This document shows, piece after piece, positions 19,212 to 30,700 of a DNA stretch of 64,000 bases (position 1 is the stretch's first letter; the number at the start of each line of letters is the position of its first letter). Below the pieces are notes generated by a model, which saw only the letters and a list, made by a program, of their open reading frames with translations, was not told where the DNA came from and did no database searches. Source of the stretch: a virus; the IMG/VR virus record IMGVR_UViG_3300019487_000019, positions 119,278-183,277 of that record, one strand, 5' to 3'. The position numbers and the translations under genes were made by a program.

Positions 19212-20695
19212 GAACCAGACAACTAGAAACATTTTTAGCAGACGCAAACCCTCGCTCAACTTTTGAGGGGATTGTCACGATGGGATTGGTCGTTGATACT
19301 AACGATCCGCAGCAAATGGGCCGTATACGTGTGGTCTGTCCCACACTTGGAGAGACAATTGGTACATCAATCAATGACTTGCCGTGGGCAATTTACGTTT
19401 CCCCCTTTGCAGGACAGACCGAAGTTGGAACTCGCGGTCCGGAAGAAAGTGAGTCTCGGGGAGCAATTGGATATGGATTGTGGTGTGTTCCAAAAGTCGG
19501 AACACAGGTTTTGGTTATGTTTATTGACGGAGATCCTCGTCTCCGTGTATTCCTTGGCGGTATTTGGGATCAATTTCGTCCACACACAATGCCACATGGT
19601 CGTTTTATGTACGACGAGCACCCAGAGTTAGAGAAAGGTAGTACAGATCAGCGTCCTTTTGGTCCATATACCTCTGACGAAAACTTCATTGAACCACTTA
19701 ACAAAAATCTTCGAGAGGCATTTCCAAAGGGAGAACCAAACTTTGAATGGCGAACTCGAGCTGCGGACTATACAGCAAGTGCAGTTGACATCGAACAACT
19801 CCCCTTTGCGACTAGCCTCGTTCAAGACGATAAGGATTTTACGTGGGATGGTTGGGAAAGTCGTCAGGGCTATAATAAGAGCCGGATCGATCCAGATGCA
19901 ACCGGATTGTTTGGTGAAGGCAATCTTGATAGTCAGGCGTTTTCATTAACATCACCCGGTTTCCATGCATTTTCGATGGATGATCGACAACGAAATTGTC
20001 GTGTTCGTACACGAACGACAAGCGGCGCTCAGATTTTGATGGATGACACGAATGAACGTCTATATTTTACCACCGCAAAAGGAAAAATGTGGATGGAATT
20101 CGATGAAAGTGGCAACCTTGATATCTATTGCGATCGTCGAATCACGTTCCACGCTAAGAAAGACATCAATTTCACAAGCGATGAAACGATTCGTATGTAT
20201 GCCAAAAAAGGCATTCATATGTACAGTGAAGATGAAATTCGTGTCGAGGCGCTGAAAGACGTTCACTTCAAATTTCACATGAATTGGCGCGCTCATATCA
20301 ATCAAAGCACATTTATTTTGACGGATTCCGACACCCACATCAAAACAAAAGGCAGTATGTTTCTTGAAGCGGTTGCCAACATTCAAGAAAAAGCTGGCAG
20401 TACATTAAATCTGACGTCTGGTGGAGTGACAAATCACAATGCTGGCGGCAACATCATCGAAACAGCACCAGCAATTCACCATAATGGTCCAACAGCAGCG
20501 ACGGCCGATCCAGCAAATGATCCGAGTGAGCAGCCCGCATTCTGGACTAATAGGGTTCCTGACCATGAACCGTGGGCTCGTGTTATGACGCAAAACGACT
20601 TTACACATGCGCCAGAATTCCCTTACGATAGCAAGCAAGTTGGTAGAGTTGAGCGTGGGGAAACCATTCCACGAGGCACATTCTGGCGACGTTAA
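19208..20695 (+). CDS. gp5: baseplate spike gp5/VgrG-like protein (no lysozyme domain)
   Basis: GLVVDTNDPQQMGRIRVVCP...LPWA...PKVGTQVLVMF OB fold; beta-helix repeats; RVPDHEPW. Confidence 0.85.
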   Translation: MRTRQLETFLADANPRSTFEGIVTMGLVVDTNDPQQMGRIRVVCPTLGETIGTSINDLPWAIYVSPFAGQTEVGTRGPEESESRGAIGYGLWCVPKVGTQVLVMFIDGDPRLRVFLGGIWDQFRPHTMPHGRFMYDEHPELEKGSTDQRPFGPYTSDENFIEPLNKNLREAFPKGEPNFEWRTRAADYTASAVDIEQLPFATSLVQDDKDFTWDGWESRQGYNKSRIDPDATGLFGEGNLDSQAFSLTSPGFHAFSMDDRQRNCRVRTRTTSGAQILMDDTNERLYFTTAKGKMWMEFDESGNLDIYCDRRITFHAKKDINFTSDETIRMYAKKGIHMYSEDEIRVEALKDVHFKFHMNWRAHINQSTFILTDSDTHIKTKGSMFLEAVANIQEKAGSTLNLTSGGVTNHNAGGNIIETAPAIHHNGPTAATADPANDPSEQPAFWTNRVPDHEPWARVMTQNDFTHAPEFPYDSKQVGRVERGETIPRGTFWRR

Positions 20696-20731
20696 CCTTT
20701 CGATAAATATGCCTAAACAAGGAACGGTTTG

Positions 20732-21115
20732 ATGATCAAGGGACTTTACAAAGGCTACTCGTCGTTCGAATACCAGAAAAACAAGAGTTTTTCATTGGTC
20801 GATGTCGAGCTAGTGAAGGTGGACTTGCTACAACACATCTTTACGCGACGTGGTGAGCGCGTTATGATGCCAACATTTGGAACGCGAATTCCCGATATGG
20901 CCTTCGAACCAATGGACGACATTACGCTTGGCATTATTCGAGAAGATCTCGAGACGGTTTTCCGATTCGATCCACGCGTGAAGATGCTCTCGCTTCAAGT
21001 AGTCCCAGTTCCAGATCAGAACTACGTAGTTGCTACAGCTCGTTTGCTCTATGTTGAGTTGGAGTTTATTGATACGTTGAATTTGAACATTACTTTTGAA
21101 GGCGTAACGCAATGA
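20732..21115 (+). CDS. gp25: baseplate wedge gp25-like
   Basis: DLLQHIFTRRGERVMMPTFGT...FEP...DPRV. Confidence 0.9.
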   Translation: MIKGLYKGYSSFEYQKNKSFSLVDVELVKVDLLQHIFTRRGERVMMPTFGTRIPDMAFEPMDDITLGIIREDLETVFRFDPRVKMLSLQVVPVPDQNYVVATARLLYVELEFIDTLNLNITFEGVTQ

Positions 21116-24100
21116 GTCGTCTTGTTTCACGTGCTGAAAGTTGGGATCGTGTCTATACAGCGTTCCAAAACGTTAACTTTGCTGCCTTTGATTATAACAC
21201 AGTCAAACAGAGCTTGATTCATTACATCAAGCTATATTTTCCTGAAACCTTCAACGATTATATTGAAAGTAGTGAATTCATTGCAATTATTGAAACATTT
21301 GCGTATATTTCTGAACTGATCGCATATCGTCTTGATACAAATGCACAAGAGGTTTTCATCTCTACGGCACAGCGCCGTGAAAGTATTCTGCGTTTAGCAA
21401 AGCTGATTTCGTATAAAGCGGACAGAGCGCTCCCTGCACGAGGCTTGGTCAAAATTACATCAGCAATGACCACGGAAACTGTGATTGATGCTAATGGTGT
21501 CAATCTTGCTAATACGGCTGTTCGTTGGAATGATACAAACAATACGGAGTGGAAGCAACAATTCGTTTTGATTATGAATAGAGTGCTTGCACAACCGTTT
21601 GGTACGGTTCGACCAACCGACCGATTTCAAATTCAAGACGTTGTATTTGAACTATATCGGTGGAATTTGATTCCAGTGCCACAAGGTGTGTTTTCATACG
21701 GCACCTCGGTAGGTGGAACATCCGTGAGTATGGAATTGGTTCCGGTTGAGCACGACGATTCGTTGGGTATTATTGAACGTCGCCCACAAAATAATTCTGA
21801 CTTCTCGTTCCTCTACGGAACGGATGGACTAGGCGATTCTTCTGATACGACGGGATTCTTCTGTTTTACCAAACAGGGAACTCTGCAACGTTTCCGCACA
21901 ACATTTGATGGTATTACGCCAAACCAAACGTATGATGTCAATGCAACAAATGTCAACGAGATTGATGTTTGGCTGAACAATGTTAACCCCGATACGGGGG
22001 TCACCTTGGATGAACCGGCTCTACTACCGTATAAACGTGCAAGTGATATTCCGTCGGGTGAATGGCAGCAGGTTGACTTAGCTCATGCGCAAAACGTCAT
22101 CTTTAACACAAATCCTGCTCGCAACAAATATGAAATCGAAACGTTAACAGATGACCGAATTCGTTTGATCTTTGGTGATGGGGAATTTGCAGACATTCCA
22201 TCTGGTACCTTTGATATTTGGACTCGCGCAAGTCTCGATCAGGATCTTAGTATTCCGCGGTCTGCCGTCGCTAATATTCCAGCAACGTTTACATACACAG
22301 ATGCTTTTGGTCGTGTTCAAACATTCACGTTTACTGTATCATTAATTAATAGTTTGCAGAATGCTTCCGCGCGCGAAACAATCGAACACATTCGCGTCAC
22401 AGCACCAGCAGTTTACTTTACGCAAGATCGTATGGTAAATGCAGAAGACTACAATATCTTCCCGCTCCAAGACAGCACAATTCTAAAACTCCGGTCGATC
22501 AATAGAACCTTTGCGGGTGATAGCAAGTACATAGCATGGCACGACCCACGAGAAAATTACGAAAATGTCAAAATCTTTAGTGATGATGGCTACCTATACT
22601 TTGATGATAACCTAACGGGAACACTTACGCCATCAGTCAACATCAATACGTTGATTGAAACGTACATTCAGCCGTTGTTGTCGTCAACCGACATCTTTAT
22701 GCAGCTCGTGTCAAACGGAGTTGATGTTGCCGACATTCGTCGTATTTTCAATCAAGATGAACTCGACCGTATTGCAGCGGCATTAACTGCTCCACCAAGT
22801 CCTGTTTCAGCCGAATTGTATTATAACAAAGTCCTGAATGAATGGTTTGCTGTAAAGGAAAGCGCGGATCCGGCAAACGCTGGTACCCCACCATTGTACG
22901 TGGATGGGTTGGGTGGTGCAGGTTGGAATGCAAGTCCCGCTCTAAATGACTTCATTCCGTATGCTCTTATTTTTGCTGAACAAATCAATATTGTTGACAA
23001 CATCTACCGAGTTTCACGTCTCGGACGTCGAACAATTGTAGAAAGCGTGACAACACGTTTCTGGAACACAAATAATGCCAACACAGTCGTTGACTATGAC
23101 ACATTGAACTCTGTGAATGATGACGTAATCATCCTTAAGGCTAACTTGAACAACAACCGAAACGGTGTTCTAACACAGAATTGGGAGTTTGATGTTCTTG
23201 GGCAAGAGACGATTGAAAGTGGACCTGATCTCGGCTTGACAGACATTCATCGGTTGAGTGTAATTTCAGCAGATCAAAACGGAGATCATGTTCCTGACAA
23301 CCCAAATCTTTTGGAACTAATCAATCCAGTTTTTACATTGACGGCGGGCTACCAAGAAATAACGTTTACGACACCAATTAGCGGTGCGGATCTTCCGTAT
23401 ACGGTTGCAACAACATACACGGCAACCCTTACGATTGATGGTGTCGCAACTCCTGTTTCGATGCCGGTCGTTACACCACTGACATTTACTTTTAGTAGTT
23501 TAGTCGCCGCTGTTAATGCTGCATTGCCCGTTGCGCCTGCACCAGGCGCAGGACATATTCAGCTCTTCCAGGGAGGTTTGCTCGTCACGAGTGCAACTTA
23601 CGACACGACCTCTACGGTTGCAATAACACAGCCGGGCGGTGGTCCATTTATCTTCGGAAGCATTGTTAATCCTGGACCTGGCACAATTGGCACAGCAGTC
23701 GTTGGCTCTTCGACAGCTCCACATACTGGAACAGTTCTGACAGTTCCGAGTGACTACATTACCGGACAGGGAGATGTGTCTGTGTCTGGCGATCTAACGG
23801 GCATGGTCAATACATCCGATTGGAATGAAGGATCGCTAATAGCGAATGAGATTGTCAACACTGTTGATGTGTTTGACATGAACGGCAATATTGAGGTGTC
23901 CGTTTCTGTGAAAGATTACGTGTATTTCTCTCGTCTAACGATAACAGAGCCGTGGGTGCCGACAGAGACAACTCCTCAGTCAATGTCTCTATTCATTGAA
24001 GATATGTTGGCGGGTTCAGACCTGTGGCGCCGAAATAATGGACGAAACAATTTCAACTTTGCATGGTTCCATCGTTCAACTCGGTACCATTTAGTCGATC

Positions 24101-24660
24101 CAGCAGCAAGCAATATTATCGATACGTATGTGATCACGAAAGGCTATTACACATCTCTAAAGCGCGCTCTTGAGAACAATGAAACTCTTCCATCTGTACC
24201 AACACCACAAGACTTGCGCACGTCTTACAATTATTTGCTTGATAATAAGATGATCAGCGATACCGTAATCCTCCACGGTGGTCTTATTCGTCTGCTTTTC
24301 GGGCCTAATGCGGCACCAGAATTGCAAGCTACACTAAAGGTCATTCGGGCGGAAAATGGGGTGCTGACTGATAATCAAGTCAAGACGACAATTGTCACAA
24401 CCATTCGAAACTTCTTTGATATTACGACGTGGGAGTTTGGTGAAACGTTCTTCTTCACGGAAATGGCAGCAGCAATTCATGCCGCTCTTCCAACAGAGAT
24501 TCGATCTGTTGTTCTTGTTCCAACATTTACAACCAACCAATTCGGCGATATGTTTGAGGTGTTGTGTCGTGAGGACGAGATTTTCTACGCTGACATTAGT
24601 GTAAACAACGTCGAGATTGTTCCTGCATATAATGCGGTAAATCTGCGATTGAACGGCTAA
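21112..24660 (+). CDS. gp6: baseplate wedge gp6-like
   Basis: FNDYIESSEF, TAQRRESILRLAKLISY, FGDG, QDRMVNAEDY. Confidence 0.88.
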   Translation: MSRLVSRAESWDRVYTAFQNVNFAAFDYNTVKQSLIHYIKLYFPETFNDYIESSEFIAIIETFAYISELIAYRLDTNAQEVFISTAQRRESILRLAKLISYKADRALPARGLVKITSAMTTETVIDANGVNLANTAVRWNDTNNTEWKQQFVLIMNRVLAQPFGTVRPTDRFQIQDVVFELYRWNLIPVPQGVFSYGTSVGGTSVSMELVPVEHDDSLGIIERRPQNNSDFSFLYGTDGLGDSSDTTGFFCFTKQGTLQRFRTTFDGITPNQTYDVNATNVNEIDVWLNNVNPDTGVTLDEPALLPYKRASDIPSGEWQQVDLAHAQNVIFNTNPARNKYEIETLTDDRIRLIFGDGEFADIPSGTFDIWTRASLDQDLSIPRSAVANIPATFTYTDAFGRVQTFTFTVSLINSLQNASARETIEHIRVTAPAVYFTQDRMVNAEDYNIFPLQDSTILKLRSINRTFAGDSKYIAWHDPRENYENVKIFSDDGYLYFDDNLTGTLTPSVNINTLIETYIQPLLSSTDIFMQLVSNGVDVADIRRIFNQDELDRIAAALTAPPSPVSAELYYNKVLNEWFAVKESADPANAGTPPLYVDGLGGAGWNASPALNDFIPYALIFAEQINIVDNIYRVSRLGRRTIVESVTTRFWNTNNANTVVDYDTLNSVNDDVIILKANLNNNRNGVLTQNWEFDVLGQETIESGPDLGLTDIHRLSVISADQNGDHVPDNPNLLELINPVFTLTAGYQEITFTTPISGADLPYTVATTYTATLTIDGVATPVSMPVVTPLTFTFSSLVAAVNAALPVAPAPGAGHIQLFQGGLLVTSATYDTTSTVAITQPGGGPFIFGSIVNPGPGTIGTAVVGSSTAPHTGTVLTVPSDYITGQGDVSVSGDLTGMVNTSDWNEGSLIANEIVNTVDVFDMNGNIEVSVSVKDYVYFSRLTITEPWVPTETTPQSMSLFIEDMLAGSDLWRRNNGRNNFNFAWFHRSTRYHLVDPAASNIIDTYVITKGYYTSLKRALENNETLPSVPTPQDLRTSYNYLLDNKMISDTVILHGGLIRLLFGPNAAPELQATLKVIRAENGVLTDNQVKTTIVTTIRNFFDITTWEFGETFFFTEMAAAIHAALPTEIRSVVLVPTFTTNQFGDMFEVLCREDEIFYADISVNNVEIVPAYNAVNLRLNG

Positions 24661-24719
24661 AATCGCGGTTTATTTCAGTCGTACCCCAAAACTAAATATC
24701 TAGAAACAGAGGATTTACT

Positions 24720-27700
24720 GTGAGCAACAGCGACGCAGACGACAAACCACGTACAAACATATTCGAAATGTTGCCGAACGTTCTCCGTTCGGACACAAAC
24801 GAAGCTGTCTTTGAGAACGTCTTCAACAAGTTCTTGACAAAAGACGATACCAGCCATATTGCTGGCTATATTGGTCAAAGCAATCCAACTTCACTAACGA
24901 AACGTCAGCTTCCTGAGCCAACACCACAGCTCCAAGCGTTCCAACTTCAACCAACACTATACACAAAGGTCGGAAGCAGTGAATATGTGCTTCCTTTTAA
25001 GTCATTTCAAAAACAATCGGAACTGATGGGCATCGACTTCACTCGCATGCAAGAATGGGGCAATGCTTTGCAGTTCAACTGGGTGCCGCCTGTTAACTTT
25101 GACATGCTGGTCAATTATGCGGACTACTTTTGGTTTTCGGGTGACTTACTCGATCGCCCTCAATATCTAACGATTGAGAGCCGTTGTAATAAGCAACAGG
25201 GCATTTTGGCTGCCTATAACAAACTGGTGGCAGCGTTTGGTGATTTGTTTCCGATTATTGAGATCAATGTAGCAGAGAATAGCGTAACGATTTCTGGTCA
25301 ATACACAACGTTGTTTATTGAGGGCTTCCGAGTATGGATCAAGGGTACGAGTGATATTAACATTCGTAACCAGTTCTTCACAGTTCTCACATCGACATAT
25401 AACCTCTCCACACAAACAACATTAGTGGTGGGCGTGAATGCACCAGCACAGGAATGGACTATTACAGGCAACTTCTTGTCGGTTTTGACGCCCGGAGCGG
25501 TGTTCAATATTACAGGTAATACAGGCGGAGCCGACGGCACATACACGGTGGCGGCAGCAACCTTTGATGGAATGAACACCATTATTATGGTGAATGAAAC
25601 GATTCCTCTATCAGCAACACCTACTGGCACGTGTACAATTCCTTTGAATGTGTGTGCGGGTGAGACACTTCCACCACAGACAACGATTTTCTTTGATCCA
25701 GACGTATCACCAATCGCCATCCGTAGTCCTACCGCACCACCAGCGTCGGTGGTGGGTCGCTATTGGGTCGATACCGACGACAATAGTGTGTATTGTTGGA
25801 GTGGACTTGCTTGGATACCATGTTCGCCAATTGCAAGTGGTACTCTTTCGCTTCAAGAGCTTCATAGCATTCTTCGTCGAGACACAAACTGTGTTTGCTA
25901 TGGTGATTACGGTTGGGATTTGGCTTTGTGGGACGACAGTCCACCGGGTTGGGAAGCGTTCCTAACGCCACTTTCACAACCAACACAGGCAGCTTGGATT
26001 ACGATGAACGGTACACCAGTTCCATTGGACTTGTGGCTCGATACAACCAATGATATTTTGTTTCAGTTGGCACCAGCAGTCTACACGATTACTGATGTTG
26101 TTCCAGGATCTAGTTTGTGGGTAGTCGGTGGAGATCAAACGGCTGCTTTCACAGCTGGCACAAATTTTGCAGTTGTTGGCAACACAGGTATTGGAACGGC
26201 AGGATTCACCGTTGTTTCGTCTGTGTATGTTCCCGTTGACCTCGAAACACAGATCACTGTTAGCGAAGTAATTCCTGGCACGGCCACAAACGATGGCAGT
26301 GCGTATGTTTGGATTCCAATTATTATTGATTGGACGGTTTTTGTTGGTGATATGTTGGTTGGTGATGTGTTGTGGGATCTTGCAACAAGCTGTTTCAACG
26401 CTCTTCAAGAACCAAATCAATGGACACAGCAGAATAAGTGGGTTCACAAATCCCACCTGACTTCATTTGCCGGTGTCCGTCGTGCACAAATTCCAATTAT
26501 TGAATATGATAGTCGTGCAGAATTGAACAGTTGGACAAAAATCAATCACGTGTGGAAATATCGACCAGTAAGTTCTGGTTCATTTGAAACAGTTTCAGCT
26601 CCTCCACAGCGATTTGAATTGGAACCAATCAGGGGTTGGTTGGCAGTTGAAGATCCACCGGCAAGTAGTACGTGGTATCTGTATTTGTTTGATGAAAACA
26701 TGACGCAAGCTCGGGATTATGACTACACACAAGAATTTGTTCCCGACTTTCGTTTCCTTGTTCGCGATAATGCATTCCTTAACCAGCTATTGACAGTCGA
26801 TTATTCGGTCCATCGAGAAGCATTACCGACTGATCCGAGTGCTGTACAGGGTTACATGATCACAGTTGTCAAGCTTCAAGACACAGGACCCGCAATTGAT
26901 GCATTCTTTGCACTGAATCCGAGTGGCGGCACAGCGACAAATAAACGTCTCGAGCCCCAAGCAACAAGTCGGGGGGATACCTGGCGTGGATATCACGTTC
27001 ATTGGGTGTTGAGTCAGGCTGATGAGACGACACAAGCGGCGGCCTCACAAACAGAGAATCCAGTCTTAGCACGAGCTGTCAATGAGGGCGATCCTTGGGC
27101 GTTCGCCACACAAACATCAGTAGGACCAACGATTGTTGGCGATTATTTTCAGGAAATCACACCCACCACAGCAGTATCAACAATTCAATTGGATGCTTCG
27201 TTCCGCTTTGCACCGATTACTGAGTTTGTTGTTGTTGGAGTTATCCCGGGACCGGGCGGTATTTGGACTATCTCTGGCAACTATGCCTCGCTGTTTTCGA
27301 TTAATCAATCATTCGTCATTCCAAACAACACAGGCGGTGGAGATGGCATTTATACCGTAGCGTCGGTTGCAAATGCTGGTCCAAATACTGCAATCACGGT
27401 GAATGAAACTATTCCTCCGCTAGCTGACGCAAGCGGCACAATTGAAACAGGGCGATTGCTATTTGCATTGGCTGGACAGGATCAACTGCGAGTGTTTGTT
27501 GACAATATCCAGCAGTACGGTACCTATACAGAACAAACGGCTACAGGATCACCTGATTACACAGCAATAGGCACAACAACGACAACGCTTGCGAGCTTTA
27601 CATACGTCACAGGTATAGTGTTCGACGCACCGCTAGCTCAGTACGCTGTTGTGCGGATTGAGGTTGGCTCAGCATCCTTGCGGGATATGGGCTTGCAATA

Positions 27701-30700
27701 TGTTCCTGTTCGTACAATTGAAAACGAAGCAACATTCCTTGTTGCTGCCCTCGCAGGTACACAGCCAGTATATCTTGGCATGAATGTTTACGGTGAAACG
27801 AACCAAACGAAACGAGTGCTCAATCAATATCCGTTGTTCAACGTTTATGACACGTGTACAAGCGAGGTCATTAAGGCTTCACCTCTATTTGCCTTCAAAG
27901 AAGATCCTACCCAACCAATTAATGGGGCGGTTCAGCGTCGCATCATTGTAGAAGATGGTGGACGTGAATATACATTTGAACAATTTCTCTTAGAACAGGA
28001 TGATGGAGTAATTTACAGCTACCGACTGTTTGATGGTCGAGTCCAACTGAATGACTATTGGTTCAACACCGCTAATAACACACTGAAGAAATGGAATGGT
28101 CGGACCTGGCAAGAAGTAGTCGTTCTCCAAGATACGAATGACCGACTAACAGTACATCGCCCATTTGTTGGAACAACACCACCAACATATTTGGTATCAG
28201 TTGTCGGTAGTGTATGGTATGACACGAGCGCTAAAGTTGTTCGTGAGTCGAATGGTGTAGCGTGGGCAGATGTAGCGTGGCCGGAATACGACAATCCATT
28301 CAGCAGCACCACACCCGTTGGTCTGTTTATTGAAGGGACGGATCCAACACTGACCACAATTTGGCGAAGTGTGCCACAGTATACACACAATACATCCGGT
28401 CCACCTTCGACATGGACGGGTGGAGTTTACATTCCTGAGTGGGTTGATGGTGACCGAAACGTGTTGCCGGTGGGCGACCCAAATGGAGACTGGGAAATTC
28501 CCGATCAGTGGCGCCTTAACGCAGAACACCACAACAAAGCTGTGGTGAAATATAGTGAAATTGTTACACATTTTCGATCTGTTCTTGCAGCACAGCCAAA
28601 TGTCTTTGGTTTTCTTGGAGGTGGGGCGAATGTTCGAACACAGGCCGAATACGATTATTCGCTTGGCGGAATAATGAAAGAACACAATGACAGTTATGAT
28701 ACATTGCTGTCGGCGGTAAATGAGATTGCTCTCACGCCACTTACTGTAATCGAATTTGCTGAAGACCAATATGCAAATCTGTTGCTCACAATCAAGGAAT
28801 TGTATCAAAAGAATCTGTTGTCATACCTTGCTATCACATCAACAGCATCGATCATTGATCAGGCCAGCTTTATCACAACATCGGTTATTGGCGTTTATGA
28901 AGGAAATGACTTTTATGGTCAGGTTTATGTTGATACCAGTGCGTTTGACGGGGTCAACGGTATTCGACATTGGATCTCAACCATACCAATGTTTGGATTT
29001 GGGTTCAAAACAATTCCATACGTAAACATTGATGCTGATCTTGGAATCTATGAGTTGGTTCATCATGATGGACACCGATCGCACATTGAGTTTACCGTGG
29101 GTGAAGAAGATAGCTACGCACGACTGCTTGTGAATCTTCCCGACCCACGTGTGTTCAATGACACTCTTGGTAAGCTCTCTTCATCTGCACCTCCAGCAAC
29201 CATGACAGCATTCCTAACGGCATTTGGAGTAGAACGAGGTGGTGTTTATTGGTACCGCACATCCGGCCCCCGCGCATTGTATCGCTTCAATATTATTGGG
29301 GCGACTCCTACCGCTCCTTCGCTTATCGGTCTTCCCGACGGAGTCTACTATTGGGATACAGCCCTTACGCAATTGTTTATCACAAGTGGAGGTCTGTGGG
29401 TAGCTGTTGGTCTACCGGGAGTGATTTCACCCGCTTGGCAACAGGTGGATATGCGTGAATTGTTGACAGACGTTCTGTTGGAGGTTGAGAATAGATTGTA
29501 TGCCGTAACACCTGTTTACGACGAACTTGTGTTTGACTTTGATTCGTTGACGCCAACTGTCAGTGAACAAGCATACTTTGATGAGTATACTGAAGAACAG
29601 TTTATGGCTTTTGTTAATGAGCGCCACATTCGAGCACCGTTCGAAAATGTTGGATATACACCAACGAACGCCTTCACGTGGAACTATATTAATAGCACAA
29701 TCACAACGCCACCAACCGGCGCGATTTCGCCCGACCGTGCTGCCTCATGGCAGGAATTGTATACTCGGTGGTATGGAACGCCATATCCACATCTTGAGCC
29801 ATGGAAACTTCAAGGCTATACAGATAAGCCATCGTGGTGGGATGCTGAATACCTAGACCTATCAGGCACACGTCGTTGGATTTACAACCATAGCACCACA
29901 ACCGGTATGTGGGAGAACATTCGTGTTGGTCTGGTCCCACTACCATACGACCTACCTGATGGTACGCCAAGCACAGCAGTGCCAGGTGAAGTGCGTACGT
30001 ACAATTACTTCTCGGTCAACATTGCTGACACAACTATTGCGGGCAATTTCAATCCTGATGATTTGCTACCTCCATATTACAGTACGGTATCAATTGTTGT
30101 TCGTTCGTTGTTTACAAGCCTGGCGGCGGAGATTGTTGCACCTGGTGCAAATTATGTTTACGGCGACGGTGGTCCAGTTGAATGGCTGTGGACTGTTTCT
30201 GGAGAGCATGTTTACGACCCATTGGTAATTGCCTTCCGTATGCAGCCGGTTCGATTCTTGCACTATACGTTCGGTCCACAATTTACTCGCGTGAATAATC
30301 TTCAGGTTGAAACGGCTCTGTGTCAGATCTACAGCCACGAAGACGTGTTATTCCACGGCGACCTCTACACTGGTGATCAGTCGTATTTGGTACGAGGGCT
30401 GAATCAGTGGTATGTCAACTACAATCGCTACGTTGGCTATGATACAAACAAAGAATTCCGTGTACTGTGGGCTCAGTGGGATCCATTGCTCGCCTACCAG
30501 TTTTCGGGCATTATTGACACGAGTACGTTTGAAATTACTAACAAGTATTACGATGTTGTTGCGCAAGATTACAACATCGTTCTGGCAAACATTGGCGTCA
30601 TCAAAGATATGTGGATGGATGCGTTTGAAGTCACGGTGTTGAACATTCCTCCAGCAATCGTACAGTACAACAATGAATCGTCGTGGCGGTTGGAACTAGA